From: Mesotaenium endlicherianum
Taxonomy: Eukaryota
Length of the DNA: 50,937 nt
Direction: 5' to 3'
Assembly: GCA_009602735.1 (NCBI GenBank)
Contig: WELA01001939.1
Coordinates: 105,526-156,462 of the forward strand
The position numbers and the translations under genes were made by a program. This document shows positions 26,619 to 37,119 of this stretch, one piece after another (positions within the stretch are counted from its first letter, which is position 1; every line of letters begins with the position of its first letter). The notes under the pieces were generated by a model that saw only the letters and a list, made by a program, of their open reading frames with translations, made no database searches and was not told the origin of the DNA.

Positions 26619-28355
26619 CTAAGGTGGGCTCCTTGAGGCGAGGGAGGTGCAAATTGAGCACGGCTCAAATGCAAGAGAGCTTGAGGAGTTGCGCCTGGAG
26701 TCCTTGAACAGCTGCGTGGCATTGCCAGGTGGCAGCCTGAGGCAGGGGCACCCGTGGGCAACAGCGGCGGCGTACTCCCCATGGCTGTCGTACCAGCGGG
26801 GCTCGAAGGAGCCCCTGCATGTGCACCTCAAAGATACCGCCACGTGGCGCTCCAGGGTGAGCAGGCCGCCGACAAGGGTAAGCAGCTGGCAAGAGCGCAG
26901 TACGAGCTTCTGGAGCGTCCAAGTGTTCGCTTCACAGATGTGCCAAATGTGCTCACTTTTATGAATAAATGCGGCTTCGACCACGGACAATGAAAGGGAG
27001 GTTAGCTGAGTGAGATACTCAAGATGGGGCCATTTCATGTCGTGAGAGATATTCATTTCCAAGTTGCGGAGGCTGGGTGTGAATGCAAAACAGTCGGGCT
27101 CGGTTCTCTTCATAACATCCATAGTGAGGTCCTCCAGGAGGGGCAATAGCCTTGCAAATTTGCGAGTGGCCATAAGGGAAATTTTCAACTTCTGGAGAGT
27201 AGAGCTTAGCAATAGGGGGCTCCTCAAATACCCGGACCCAAAGAGGCCCCCAGAAATCCAGCGAATCTCTAGAGCCGTCAGATGGCTCATTCTGGAGAGC
27301 AAGTCCACCACCGGATCGCGCATCTGGAAGAGGAGCAGTATAGCCGGAGCAAAAATTGACCATCAGGAGCGGGTTCAAGGTCAAGGTCCAATCCAGACTC
27401 CAGAGCACACGGGCAAGCATTTACAAAGAGCACAAAGGCATACAACAAGGGACAAAAGGCATGATGGGGCAATAAGTCTTGAAAAATCTCTCAAGGTGCT
27501 TACCGCAACAGAATGGATCGTGAGATCCCTCAAGCCCGTCATGGAGCTCACGGAGTCCACAACCTGGGGAAGGTGATCAGGATTAAGCCGGATTTTCAAG
27601 CCTGCAAAAGCGGGGAGCGTGGCCAGCCACAGAGGCAGAGGAACCCTGGAATCATTTGCCCTGATGTGGAGCTCCTGAAGGCTTGCCAGCTGGCCAAGTG
27701 TGGGGCTGATGGAGAGGCATCGACCTCCAACAATTCTTCTACAGAGCATGAAAGTGTGGAAGTCGAATGTCAGCTTCTTCAGACATATCTGTTTGGTGAA
27801 GTCCATCTTCTTCAGGCCCTCCAAATAGTGCAAGTACTCTAAGTTGGGGAAGTAGCTGCGAGAGTTTTCATGAAAACCGTCAAAGCCCAAATAGAGCTCC
27901 CGAATGTCTGTGTTGATGGAAAGAAACTCCGGCAGGTAGTCCAGGACCTCGGAAGCGCCACTCAGAGTCAAATGAATTGACACGAGAAGAGGAAACCCCG
28001 TGGCCAGCCCTCTCATTAATGGCGTCATGCACCATGGTATATAAGATTGATGCACGGCAGATTGATGCACGGAAATGTGAGTCACATTTCTCCAAGAGCG
28101 CAGCTGGTGGAGCGCCAGATCAACACCAGCCAAATTTTCCAAGGTAGCACGCTTGCACTTGGACACCATTACAGCACGCCACCTGGTGCACACGCCGCTC
28201 AAGCTTCTGACTTGGGCCTGGTTGATACGCTCTTCACGGCTTTCAGTATCACAATAGATGCACGCCGATAGCAAAATTGGCTCCAGTATTCCGTCTGGCA
28301 AATCTGATATGCTGACCACTGATTGTGTAACTGATTGCGTAACTGCTTGCGCCAT
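26619..28355 (-). CDS. F-box/LRR-like protein, paralog B (~518 aa, 2 exons)
   Basis: Exon 1 28355-27504 (GCG|GTAAGC) and exon 2 27323-26619 (TTCCAG|ATG), with the same phase-0 intron position as paralog A. F-box ISDLPDGILEPILLSAC...VRSLSGVCTRWRAVM; collinear similarity to A throughout. Confidence 0.82.
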
Positions 28356-28608
28356 TTTAAGTGCTCCTGGTTGTCAAAGTATCAATGGAAAAAACAGTGT
28401 CAAGAAAATGTAAAAAAGCTAAGAGTGCAAGCCATGTTTATTGTGGAACTAAATTACTCATTACGTAAATTATTCAATGGACCACAAAGATGAAGTACAA
28501 TCATCAGCACATATGACAAAGAAGATGGTCCACTCTTGTTCCCTGCTGAAGTTTTTTAAGAAGGCTAAATGTATAAGCTACAGGCCTCAAACTATCATCC
28601 TTTGTGAC

Positions 28609-29111
28609 TGTAGTGATTTGAGTTATTATATATTAGTTCGCATATATTTTAATGTTTTCAAATATATTTGGAGTAGTATTGTGTGGAGTCAAGTGTGAAT
28701 AGGTACTCTAGTAACTTGGTTCATGTCCTTTGAACCTTCCAAGGCATTTTCGAAGTTAGAGGAAAGACCTAGAAGAACTCCATGTGGCAAAAGTCAGATG
28801 TGCCATTTTTAGGTCAAAAGGACATGTGTACATTATTCTAGAAAGAGGTGGCAAGTTTTGGGATGTGTTGGGTGCCAACACATCAACATACACCTTCCTA
28901 GAAATTACTTATGTAGCAAGTATATAAACAAGAGCTAGAACATAGAAAGACATTCCAGAATCACTCTTGTACTTGCCAAAATCCAGAAATATATTAACTT
29001 TCAAGAAGCCATCTCTCTTTCAAGAAGCTACCACTTGTGTTCAAAGATCCTTGTCTTGAATAGATAAAGTATTCTGTTTTACTAAGTACTTTATCTATCT
29101 GTTTCACTACA
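28609..29111 (+). repeat. 5' LTR of the chromovirus
   Basis: TGTAGTGA...TCACTACA; direct repeat of 34786-35288. Confidence 0.97.
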
Positions 29112-29112
29112 G

Positions 29113-29124
29113 TGGTATCGGAGC
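29113..29124 (+). promoter_or_regulatory. Primer-binding site (tRNA-iMet type, TGGTATCGGAGC)
   Basis: 1 nt after the LTR; differs by one base from the usual plant TGGTATCAGAGC. Confidence 0.9.
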
Positions 29125-29148
29125 TAGGCACTTTGGTAGCACAAGAAG

Positions 29149-30429
29149 ATGGCCGATCCTCAAGACCAACAGCAAGCTTTCGAAGGAAGCCCTTCCTCTC
29201 CAAGACACCCTCCTCCAGCGCCGATGGGAGAGCCCACTCAAGAAAATCTGCAACAACAAGAAGCACCACAAGGAGGAGCACACCCTCCTCCAGCGTCGAT
29301 GGGAGAGCCTACTCAAGGAAATCTGCAACAACAAGAAGCACCACAAGGAGGAGCACCGTCAAATCCCGTGGCAGCCGCTATAGCAAAGTTGACCCCACCA
29401 CAAGGAGTTCCCGCAAATGAGTGGGCAGCCTTCCTAATGACCGTCCACAACCAAGTGGGCTTGGCCACCTATGAAGCAACCGTGCAAGCGTCAAGAGAAG
29501 CTATGGCTGCCATGGTTGCCCCTATTGCGAGCAATGCTCAAAATCCAGCCCCGGCTCAAGCGCCTCCACAAGAGCCAACGAGAGCAAGGAAACTCATCAA
29601 GCCCGGCAAACCCGACACTTTCAACCCCGGGAAAGGTGCCAACCTGAATTTATGGCTCTACCAAGTGGAGACGTACCTCGCGTTCCTTGAAGTACCCGAG
29701 GAGGACTACGTTCCCTTTGCCGTTACCTTACTTAGAGGAGCAGCAACATCATGGTGGCGTAACTATCAAGCGGCTATATATCAAGCTATGGCGCACCCCA
29801 TGCTCGGCCAAGAGCCCCCACCATCATATGCAAGATGGGCAGATTTTCGTGAGGCCCTCAAGAAGCAATTCATGCCCATCAATGCGGAGAAGATTGCCCG
29901 AGGAAAGCTCCACCATCTCAAGCAAACGACGTCCGTTCAAGAGTATACATCCAGATTTCACGCCCTCACTCTTGAGATCCCCAACATGTCTCTCGAGGAG
30001 AAGATTGACCGTTACATCTTTGGCCTCAAACCCAAGGTGGCAAAGGAAGTGGAGTTACGCGACTTGACGGACTTCTCAAAGATCATTGAAGTGGCCCAAA
30101 AGGTGGATACCTTGGATTTCAAGCACTCCGTGCCTTCATCTTCACGGGTACCGACGACGCGGGTGTACGCAGCCCCTTCCACATCCGAATCTGGACCCAC
30201 ACCCATGGAAATCGGAGTTATTAAAAGGGACCCCGCGGCTGCCCGGAAGAGTGGAAGACCCTCCAATGACACTTATGATGCAAGAAACCAGCAAGGAGTG
30301 AAAGCAAGACTCTCCCCGGCTGAAAAAGAAGCTCTCATGACGGCTGGACTATGCTTCTATTGCAAGGAAAAGGGCCATCGTGCACTTTCATGCCCCAAAA
30401 AGTTGTCAAAAAACGGACAGCGCCGGTAG
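29149..30429 (+). CDS. gag: Gag (426 aa)
   Basis: Retrotransposon capsid motifs ([19 protein letters not shown]) and a CCHC knuckle [14 protein letters not shown]. Confidence 0.95.
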   Translation: MADPQDQQQAFEGSPSSPRHPPPAPMGEPTQENLQQQEAPQGGAHPPPASMGEPTQGNLQQQEAPQGGAPSNPVAAAIAKLTPPQGVPANEWAAFLMTVHNQVGLATYEATVQASREAMAAMVAPIASNAQNPAPAQAPPQEPTRARKLIKPGKPDTFNPGKGANLNLWLYQVETYLAFLEVPEEDYVPFAVTLLRGAATSWWRNYQAAIYQAMAHPMLGQEPPPSYARWADFREALKKQFMPINAEKIARGKLHHLKQTTSVQEYTSRFHALTLEIPNMSLEEKIDRYIFGLKPKVAKEVELRDLTDFSKIIEVAQKVDTLDFKHSVPSSSRVPTTRVYAAPSTSESGPTPMEIGVIKRDPAAARKSGRPSNDTYDARNQQGVKARLSPAEKEALMTAGLCFYCKEKGHRALSCPKKLSKNGQRR

Positions 30430-33400
30430 GCCAGGAGCCTACCACCCCAAGACCCACTTCACGAGAAGGCAACACGCCAAGTGAGGTGGAGACCCCCGTT
30501 GAAGACGACGTTCCAGCCCCAATGAGTTTGAGAGGTTACCTTGGAGGAGAGAAGGTCCACATCTTGGTGGATAGCGGAGCTCAAGGCAACTTCATTGCTG
30601 CAGATTTTGCCACCAAGCACGGTATTACTATGCGAACTCTTGACCACGACGAGGAGATTATGATGCCCGATGGATTCTCCTATACTACCCCTTCCAAGAA
30701 GACGTACCCCTTGGCACTCTCTATCAAGTCCTTCAAGGATAGAGTAGTGTTCTCCCCCATGCAATTGGGCAAGTACGACGTCATCCTAGGGACGCCTTGG
30801 TTGACCAAGCACAACCCCCAAGTTGATTGGAGGACCGGTACTATCAAGATCAAGAATGACATCACTTCAAGAATCTGTATTTTGCGCGCAATCCAGAATA
30901 TCCAGACCCAAGACATCCAGAAGCCGGCACACGAGATACTATTGTCCGCCCTCCAACTCAAGAGACTTGTGAGGAAGGGACACGAGCTTCTTTTGGCCTT
31001 GATCACGCCAAAAGACATCAAGAAAGACATCGAGAGTCAAGAAGGCAGCCCCGTTCCCAAGGAGATACAAGAAGTCTTTGAGGACTACAAAGAAGTGTTC
31101 TCCCCGGAATTGCCCAAGGGCCTACCCCCCAAAAGATTCGTAGACCACAAGATAGAGTTGGAGCCCGGAAGCAAGCCCATCTCTCGGCCTACGTTCAAAA
31201 TGTCATACACGGAGCTAGACGAAGTCAAGAAGCAAATCAAGGAGCTACTGGAGCATGGCTTCATTCGACCTAGCAAGTCGCCATTTGGAGCCCCGGTGCT
31301 ATTTGTCAAGAAGAAAGATGGTACCTTGAGGATGTGTGTGGACTATCGCGCCCTCAACAAGATCACCATCAAGAATCGATACCCGCTGCCGCGCATGGAT
31401 GAGCTCATGGACCGGCTGGTTGGAGCCAAGTACTTCACGAAGATTGACTTACGGAGCGGCTACCACCAGATTCGCATCGCAGAACCGGACATAGAGAAGA
31501 CGGCATTCAGGACAAGATATGGACATTTTGAGTTCATGGTCCTGCCATTTGGACTCACCAACGCGCCAGCAACTTTCATGACTATGATGAACACCATATT
31601 TCAGCCCATGTTGGACAGATTTGTGGTGGTATTCATCGATGACATCCTTATCTACAGCAAGACCCTTGAAGAGCATGCGAGACACTTGAAAGAAGTCCTT
31701 GAAGTATTGAAGCAAAACAAGCTGTTTGCGAAGGAGTCAAAATGCGAGTTTGCCAAACAAGAAGTGGAGTTCCTAGGTCTCCACGTGACTGCTGATGGCA
31801 TCAAGATAGACCCCAAGAAGACCACGGTGGTGGAGGAATGGCCAACCCCCACGACCAAGAAAGAACTCCAGTCATTCTTGGGATTTGCCAATTGGTACAG
31901 AAAATTCATCCAAGGCTTCTCGCACATAGCAGCCCCCCTGACAGATCTACTCAAGAAGGACAGGCTATATACATGGACCGAGAAAGAGGAAGAGGCATTT
32001 CAAGAGTTAAAGCGAAGATTGACCACATCCCCGGTGCTCACACTCCCAAGTCCAAACCCAGATTGGCCCTTCCACGTCATCACCGATGCATCTTCCTATG
32101 CAATAGGAGCAATCCTGCTTCAAGACCAAGGCAAGGGACTGCAGCCCATCGCCTACGAGTCAAGGAAGCTAAATCCAGCCGAGCAAAATTATACAACCAC
32201 GGAGCGAGAGGCATTGGCGATTGTACATGCCTTGAAGGTTTGGCGCTGCTACGTTGAAGGACGCAAAGTACTGGTCACCACGGACCACGAGGCGTTAAAG
32301 CACCTCCAAACGCAGCCGTATCTCTCAAGGAGACAAGCAAGATGGAGCGGATACTTGCAACAATACAACATCACGATTCAGTACCAGCCCGGCAAGACAA
32401 ACCCGGCTGACCCCCTCTCAAGACTGCAATTAAATGCAGTGATGGTATCCCTGAAGACAGATCTGGAAGCTCGATTTTCAGCCGCCTATGAAAGAGACCC
32501 TTACTACAAGAACGGAGAAGCAGCCTTGGACCCATGCAAGAAGCAAGAAGGCAATTATTGGGTGAGGCAAGATACGGGCCAGAGATGTGTTCCTAATGAC
32601 TTAGACCTCCGGCTCTTGCTTCTACGAGAAGCACACGACAACCCTCTTGGAGGACACTTTGGAATCCTAAGGACCACGGGCGTTCTAGCTAGGACTTATT
32701 GTTGGCCAGGCATGTCTAAGCAAGTCAAGGAGTACTGCAGGAGCTGTGACACATGCCAAAGAATCAAGCCATCATCGCAAAAGGCGGGAGGACTCCTCCA
32801 ACCACTACCAATCCCCGAAAGACAATGGACGGACATCTCAATGGACCTTATCGTGGACTTGCCCGTGACACCTCGAGGCCATAATGCAATACTCACGGTG
32901 GTGGACAGACTTACCAAGATGGCTCATTTTATTCCCACGACGACTAAGGCTACAGCACCACAACTTGCAAGACTCATCTTTGACAACATCTTCCGACTCC
33001 ATGGACTACCATCAAGAATTGTGTCAGATAGAGACCCAAGATTCACAAGCTATTTCTGGAAAAATCTCTTTAAGAACTTGGGTACATCGCTGGATATGTC
33101 CACTGCCTACCACCCGCAATCAGATGGGCAAACCGAGCGTATGAATCGTACTCTAAAGACCTCTCTAAAGGCCTACGTGTCTACTCTGGAGCAAGATTGG
33201 GACATGTACTTGACCCCCCTGGAGTTTGCCTACAACAACACAACGCAAGCCTCTACCCAAGAGTCCCCATTCTTCCTCAACTATGGCTTCCATCCGACCA
33301 CGCCACTGAGCTTCACGGCTGGCCATGATGAAGTACCTGCAGCCACAGATTTTATGGAGACATTAGAAGCAGCCCTTACAGCAGCGAAGAAAGCTCTACA

Positions 33401-34016
33401 ACACGCGCAAGATGCTCAAGCAAGAGTGGCGAACAGATCCAGAAGAGAAATTACGTACAGAGTGGGTGACAACGTGTTACTATCATCCAAGAACATTTCC
33501 CTGAACAACAGGCCTGCCGGCAGCAAGTTCTCTCCCAAGTATTTGGGACCCTTCAAGATTATCCAGCAAGTCAACCCCGTTGCTTTCAAGCTAGAACTTC
33601 CCCAGACTATGCACATCGACCCCGTATTCCACGCTTCCCTCTTCAAGCCATATGTGCAACCCGACAACAAGTTCCCAGGACGTGTGACAACCCCACCAGC
33701 CCCAACAATAGTGGATGATCATTTGGAGTACGAAGTGGAAGACATAGTGGCTATGAGAAATTTCAGGAGACAGCAGCAATACTTGATCAAGTGGAAAGGA
33801 TATCCAGATTCGGAGAATAGTTGGGTGGCGGCGCACTACCTTGACAAAGTTCAGAGAAAGTTGAAGCGCTTCCATGCCGCCAACCCCCATCTTGGACCAG
33901 CCCCAAGTCTCTCTACTAGAAGCCCGAAGACTTCAGGGAGGCAGCCTGCCACCATCAAGAAGCAGCAGAAGACCCCTTGGAGGCAGCCTGCAAGAACAAG
34001 AAAGAGGAAAAATTGA
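30351..34016 (+). CDS. pol: Pol: protease, RT, RNase H, integrase, chromodomain (probably expressed as a Gag-Pol fusion)
   Basis: [43 protein letters not shown] ([12 protein letters not shown]); [20 protein letters not shown]; chromodomain [24 protein letters not shown]. Confidence 0.97.
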   Translation: MLLLQGKGPSCTFMPQKVVKKRTAPVGQEPTTPRPTSREGNTPSEVETPVEDDVPAPMSLRGYLGGEKVHILVDSGAQGNFIAADFATKHGITMRTLDHDEEIMMPDGFSYTTPSKKTYPLALSIKSFKDRVVFSPMQLGKYDVILGTPWLTKHNPQVDWRTGTIKIKNDITSRICILRAIQNIQTQDIQKPAHEILLSALQLKRLVRKGHELLLALITPKDIKKDIESQEGSPVPKEIQEVFEDYKEVFSPELPKGLPPKRFVDHKIELEPGSKPISRPTFKMSYTELDEVKKQIKELLEHGFIRPSKSPFGAPVLFVKKKDGTLRMCVDYRALNKITIKNRYPLPRMDELMDRLVGAKYFTKIDLRSGYHQIRIAEPDIEKTAFRTRYGHFEFMVLPFGLTNAPATFMTMMNTIFQPMLDRFVVVFIDDILIYSKTLEEHARHLKEVLEVLKQNKLFAKESKCEFAKQEVEFLGLHVTADGIKIDPKKTTVVEEWPTPTTKKELQSFLGFANWYRKFIQGFSHIAAPLTDLLKKDRLYTWTEKEEEAFQELKRRLTTSPVLTLPSPNPDWPFHVITDASSYAIGAILLQDQGKGLQPIAYESRKLNPAEQNYTTTEREALAIVHALKVWRCYVEGRKVLVTTDHEALKHLQTQPYLSRRQARWSGYLQQYNITIQYQPGKTNPADPLSRLQLNAVMVSLKTDLEARFSAAYERDPYYKNGEAALDPCKKQEGNYWVRQDTGQRCVPNDLDLRLLLLREAHDNPLGGHFGILRTTGVLARTYCWPGMSKQVKEYCRSCDTCQRIKPSSQKAGGLLQPLPIPERQWTDISMDLIVDLPVTPRGHNAILTVVDRLTKMAHFIPTTTKATAPQLARLIFDNIFRLHGLPSRIVSDRDPRFTSYFWKNLFKNLGTSLDMSTAYHPQSDGQTERMNRTLKTSLKAYVSTLEQDWDMYLTPLEFAYNNTTQASTQESPFFLNYGFHPTTPLSFTAGHDEVPAATDFMETLEAALTAAKKALQHAQDAQARVANRSRREITYRVGDNVLLSSKNISLNNRPAGSKFSPKYLGPFKIIQQVNPVAFKLELPQTMHIDPVFHASLFKPYVQPDNKFPGRVTTPPAPTIVDDHLEYEVEDIVAMRNFRRQQQYLIKWKGYPDSENSWVAAHYLDKVQRKLKRFHAANPHLGPAPSLSTRSPKTSGRQPATIKKQQKTPWRQPARTRKRKN
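30408..30443 (+). promoter_or_regulatory. -1 ribosomal frameshift signal (A AAA AAC plus hairpin)
   Basis: Heptamer 30408-30414 is phased correctly in the gag frame (TCA AAA AAC). Stem GGTAGGC/GCCTACC at 30425-30443. pol is in the -1 frame. Confidence 0.85.
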
Positions 34017-34628
34017 CATTAGACACTCTTCTCTTCTCGCAGTTTCTGGACAGAAAACTAAAACTGCTACTGGTGATAGGTCTCTGCATAATAAATTCTG
34101 AAAATTTACCTGGCTGTAGTCCATGAGTAGCCGGTCATTTAGAGTCCAAGTTTGCTCAATTTGGAGCACTGGTGAGAGAGATATGATGCTCTAAGTAGAA
34201 GGGGGTCAGGCTGCTGGCATTGTTAGGGCAGAATATGCCTTCTGACATTGTGCCCTCCCCTGAACTTGGAATGCTCTGAAACTCAAGACTCTGGTAGAAC
34301 ATCTTACAGCGCCCAGTTTGAGACTTAGTTTGCAGAATTTGGAGAAGTATAGAAGGACTTATGATTTTCAGAAGTTTCTGCACAGATTTGGAGGAGTGCC
34401 TACTCTCTCAGCTCTCAACGACACTCCAGAAATGAGAATGCTCTCAAATTTGGTGACCCGGTAGAGTTCTCCGACGCGGTCCGTCTGGCACTCGAATTTT
34501 CAGATTTGGAGCAGTTCTGTGGCCGCTATGAATTTTTGAGTTCGTGGCAGATTCTGGGCCAACTTGTACAATTTTCTTTATCATTAAGGAGTAGGCTAGC
34601 CAATAAGGTCACACCACCTACGACCTTG

Positions 34629-34749
34629 CCTAGTCTACCTTACATGTGTAGCACCTGACTTGGCGCCTTTGACTAGTCCTCTTCACATGTGTGGCATCTG
34701 ACTTGAAACTGTTGACTAGTTTGCTCCACATGTGTAAGACCTGACTTGA
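34629..34749 (+). repeat. 43-bp tandem repeat x~3 just upstream of the PPT
   Basis: ACATGTGT..CTGACTTG cores at 34642, 34685 and 34728. Confidence 0.85.
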
Positions 34750-34785
34750 CGCGCCGAGACGTCGCTTTTTCTATCGGGGGGGTGA

Positions 34786-35288
34786 TGTAGTGATTTGAGT
34801 TATTATATATTAGTTTGCATATATTTTAATGTTTTCAAATATATTTGGAGTAGTATTGTGTGGAGTCAAGTGTGAATAGGTACTCTAGTAACTTGGTTCA
34901 TGTCCTTTGAACCTTCCAAGGCATTTTCGAAGTTAGAGGAAAGACCTAGAAGAACTCCATGTGGCAAAAGTCAAATGTGCCATTTTTAGGTCAAAAGGAC
35001 ATGTGTACATTATTCTAGAAAGAGGTGGCAAGTTTTGGGATGTGTTGGGTGCCAACACATCAACATACACCTTCCTAGAAATTACTTATGTAGCAAGTAT
35101 ATAAACAAGAGCTAGAACATAGAAAGACATTTGAGAATCACTCTTGTACTTGCCAAAATCCAGAAATATATTAACTTTCAAGAAGCCATCTCTCTTTCAA
35201 GAAGCTACCACTTGTGTTCAAAGATCCTTGTCTTGAATAGATAAAGTATTCTGTTTTACTAAGTACTTTATCTATCTGTTTCACTACA
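34786..35288 (+). repeat. 3' LTR of the chromovirus
   Basis: Direct repeat of the 5' LTR, followed by TSD GTGAC. Confidence 0.97.
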
Positions 35289-36122
35289 GTGACTAATCTT
35301 CTCAGTTAGGTTATCAAGCATATATTTTGGAAGAAAAAAAAGTGGGCTCGAACATTCCGCACCATTTCTTGCTCAATTAATACTATATGTGCTACATGCA
35401 ATTTATCCTCATATACCCAAGCCCAAGTAGTGGATGACATGAAAAATATAGTTTATGGTCAATGAAACGCATGGCTAGCTGGAGGTTGAGATCATATTCT
35501 TACCTCCAACTTTCTTGAAGAATCAAGTTTATGTGTTCCCACATTCCTGAACAATCCATCATGCAGTCACACAAACTTAGAACGTGAAAGAAAAAGCTGA
35601 TCACAATCAATCTATGAAGTTCGAGCCCGGTAATAGAAAGCCCTTATGCTATGCAAATTCTATGTGGTCACCTTCTCCTGACGAGCTTCAGTCGACCAGG
35701 AGTTTATGATTCTGCTCATTCTCTTAGGCGTTCAATCGCCATTCACAAAGAAGAAGGCTTGTATCGTCAACGAAAATGGAGAAATCAGCCTGAATTTTTG
35801 TTGCTGCATTACCTTATTGGGATGTATACAAGCAGGTCAAGCTTAAGTTATACACACGAAGATATTTTCGAGACTTTATTTCGCGAACAGTTTATGCTAG
35901 CTACATAGGCACGAGAGAGTACGTGGGCCGCGAGTCGGATCCCATGCGACACGTAATAAGTGCATAATATATGCCGTTTGTCACTGGTTCCAGGATTCCT
36001 ACATTAGGTTTTTACTCAAGTTGCGAGTAATCAACAAACACATATGTTGCGCCGGTTGTGGTCTTCAGGTAGACTTATACAATGCCTTTTTCAAACTTCA
36101 CGTTTTCTTCACGTCATATATA

Positions 36123-36342
36123 GACAACGTCAGTATCCGATGCACATACAGTATCCGATGCATGAAGTGAAATATATGTTGGTAACATGCAGAACGTGAT
36201 CACGTCTTCTTGCATTTAGGCAATCATGGGCAAATGACAACGACAGTATCCGATGCACATGCAGTATCCGATGGATGAAGTGAAATATATGTTGGTAACA
36301 TGCATAACGTGATCATGTCTTCTTGCAATTAGGCTGTCATGG
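36123..36342. repeat. Tandem duplication, period 113 bp, with an internal 18-bp sub-repeat (CAGTATCCGATG)
   Basis: Units align at 36131 and 36244. Confidence 0.9.
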
Positions 36343-36988
36343 GAACCACACATTGAGCATGCATGCAAAGTACTTATGCAAATTCTAATGCAAATGCGAA
36401 TGCAAATGCAACTGATATCTAACTCGATCATCAACAGAGCTTACGGACTTGCATGTAGGGGGACATATACATGGTATAATACAAACATCCATTGTGGGCG
36501 CATAAGCCTTGCTGCTGCTGACCAAGCTGCAGGGCGGCCTCACCACCTGGAGAAGGGAAGAGATTATAGGGGGGGGAAAGGCCTAATAGGTATTGGCCAC
36601 CTCGCAGCCTACAGTATAATTCACGACATATTGTCTCATCATCAATCCAGGTGCAGCTCGTGTTCCTCAACGTTGGAATATGGTCCATAGACCGACACTC
36701 CTAATTCTACCTTGTCGTGACTAGGCGAGTGGGTGTCGCGTCGATACGTGACGCACGCCAGGGTGTCGATAGCCTTGCTTGGTTTATCGTTAGCTAGTTC
36801 GGTTCGTAAGTTAGTCATTTGTTGGTAGTCGTTCGGGTAAGTTAGTAATTATGAGTTGTCACTTTCACACGACAACGAAGATGTCGTGAACGTTTGTGAA
36901 CGTTCACGAACGATCGTGAACGTTTGTTAGGGGTGGCGGGGTGGCAAGGTGGCGGGGTGGCGCATAGAGTTCACAGAGTATAGTGAGC

Positions 36989-36995
36989 TATATAA
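36989..36995 (+). promoter_or_regulatory. Putative TATA box in the copia 5' LTR
   Basis: TATATAA about 150 bp before the LTR end; it reads TATTTAA in the 3' LTR. Confidence 0.5.
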
Positions 36996-37119
36996 GACTA
37001 GAAAATGTAACCCAGAAAACTAACTCAGTAAAAGTGAAGAGTTGGGCACCTTGTATACTTTTCGTGCTATTATATGTTTTGAGTCTGAGTTCGTTCAAGT
37101 GTGAGTGATAGAGTGTGCC

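Larger units (their letters stand above)
28609..35288 (+). mobile_element. Full-length Ty3/gypsy chromovirus LTR retrotransposon
   Basis: LTRs 28609-29111 and 34786-35288 (503 bp, TG...CA, about 4 mismatches seen); TSD GTGAC at 28604-28608 and 35289-35293; PBS 29113-29124; PPT GGGGGGGTGA 34776-34785; open gag and pol. Confidence 0.98.

Noticed and set aside
34017..34620. Possible env-like or extra ORF in the chromovirus 3' region
   Set aside because: Only short ORFs and degenerate ATTTGGAG repeats; no long or TM-containing frame.
34629..34749. Regularly spaced repeats that could be mistaken for a CRISPR array
   Set aside because: Contiguous tandem units without unique spacers, inside a eukaryotic retrotransposon, with no cas genes.
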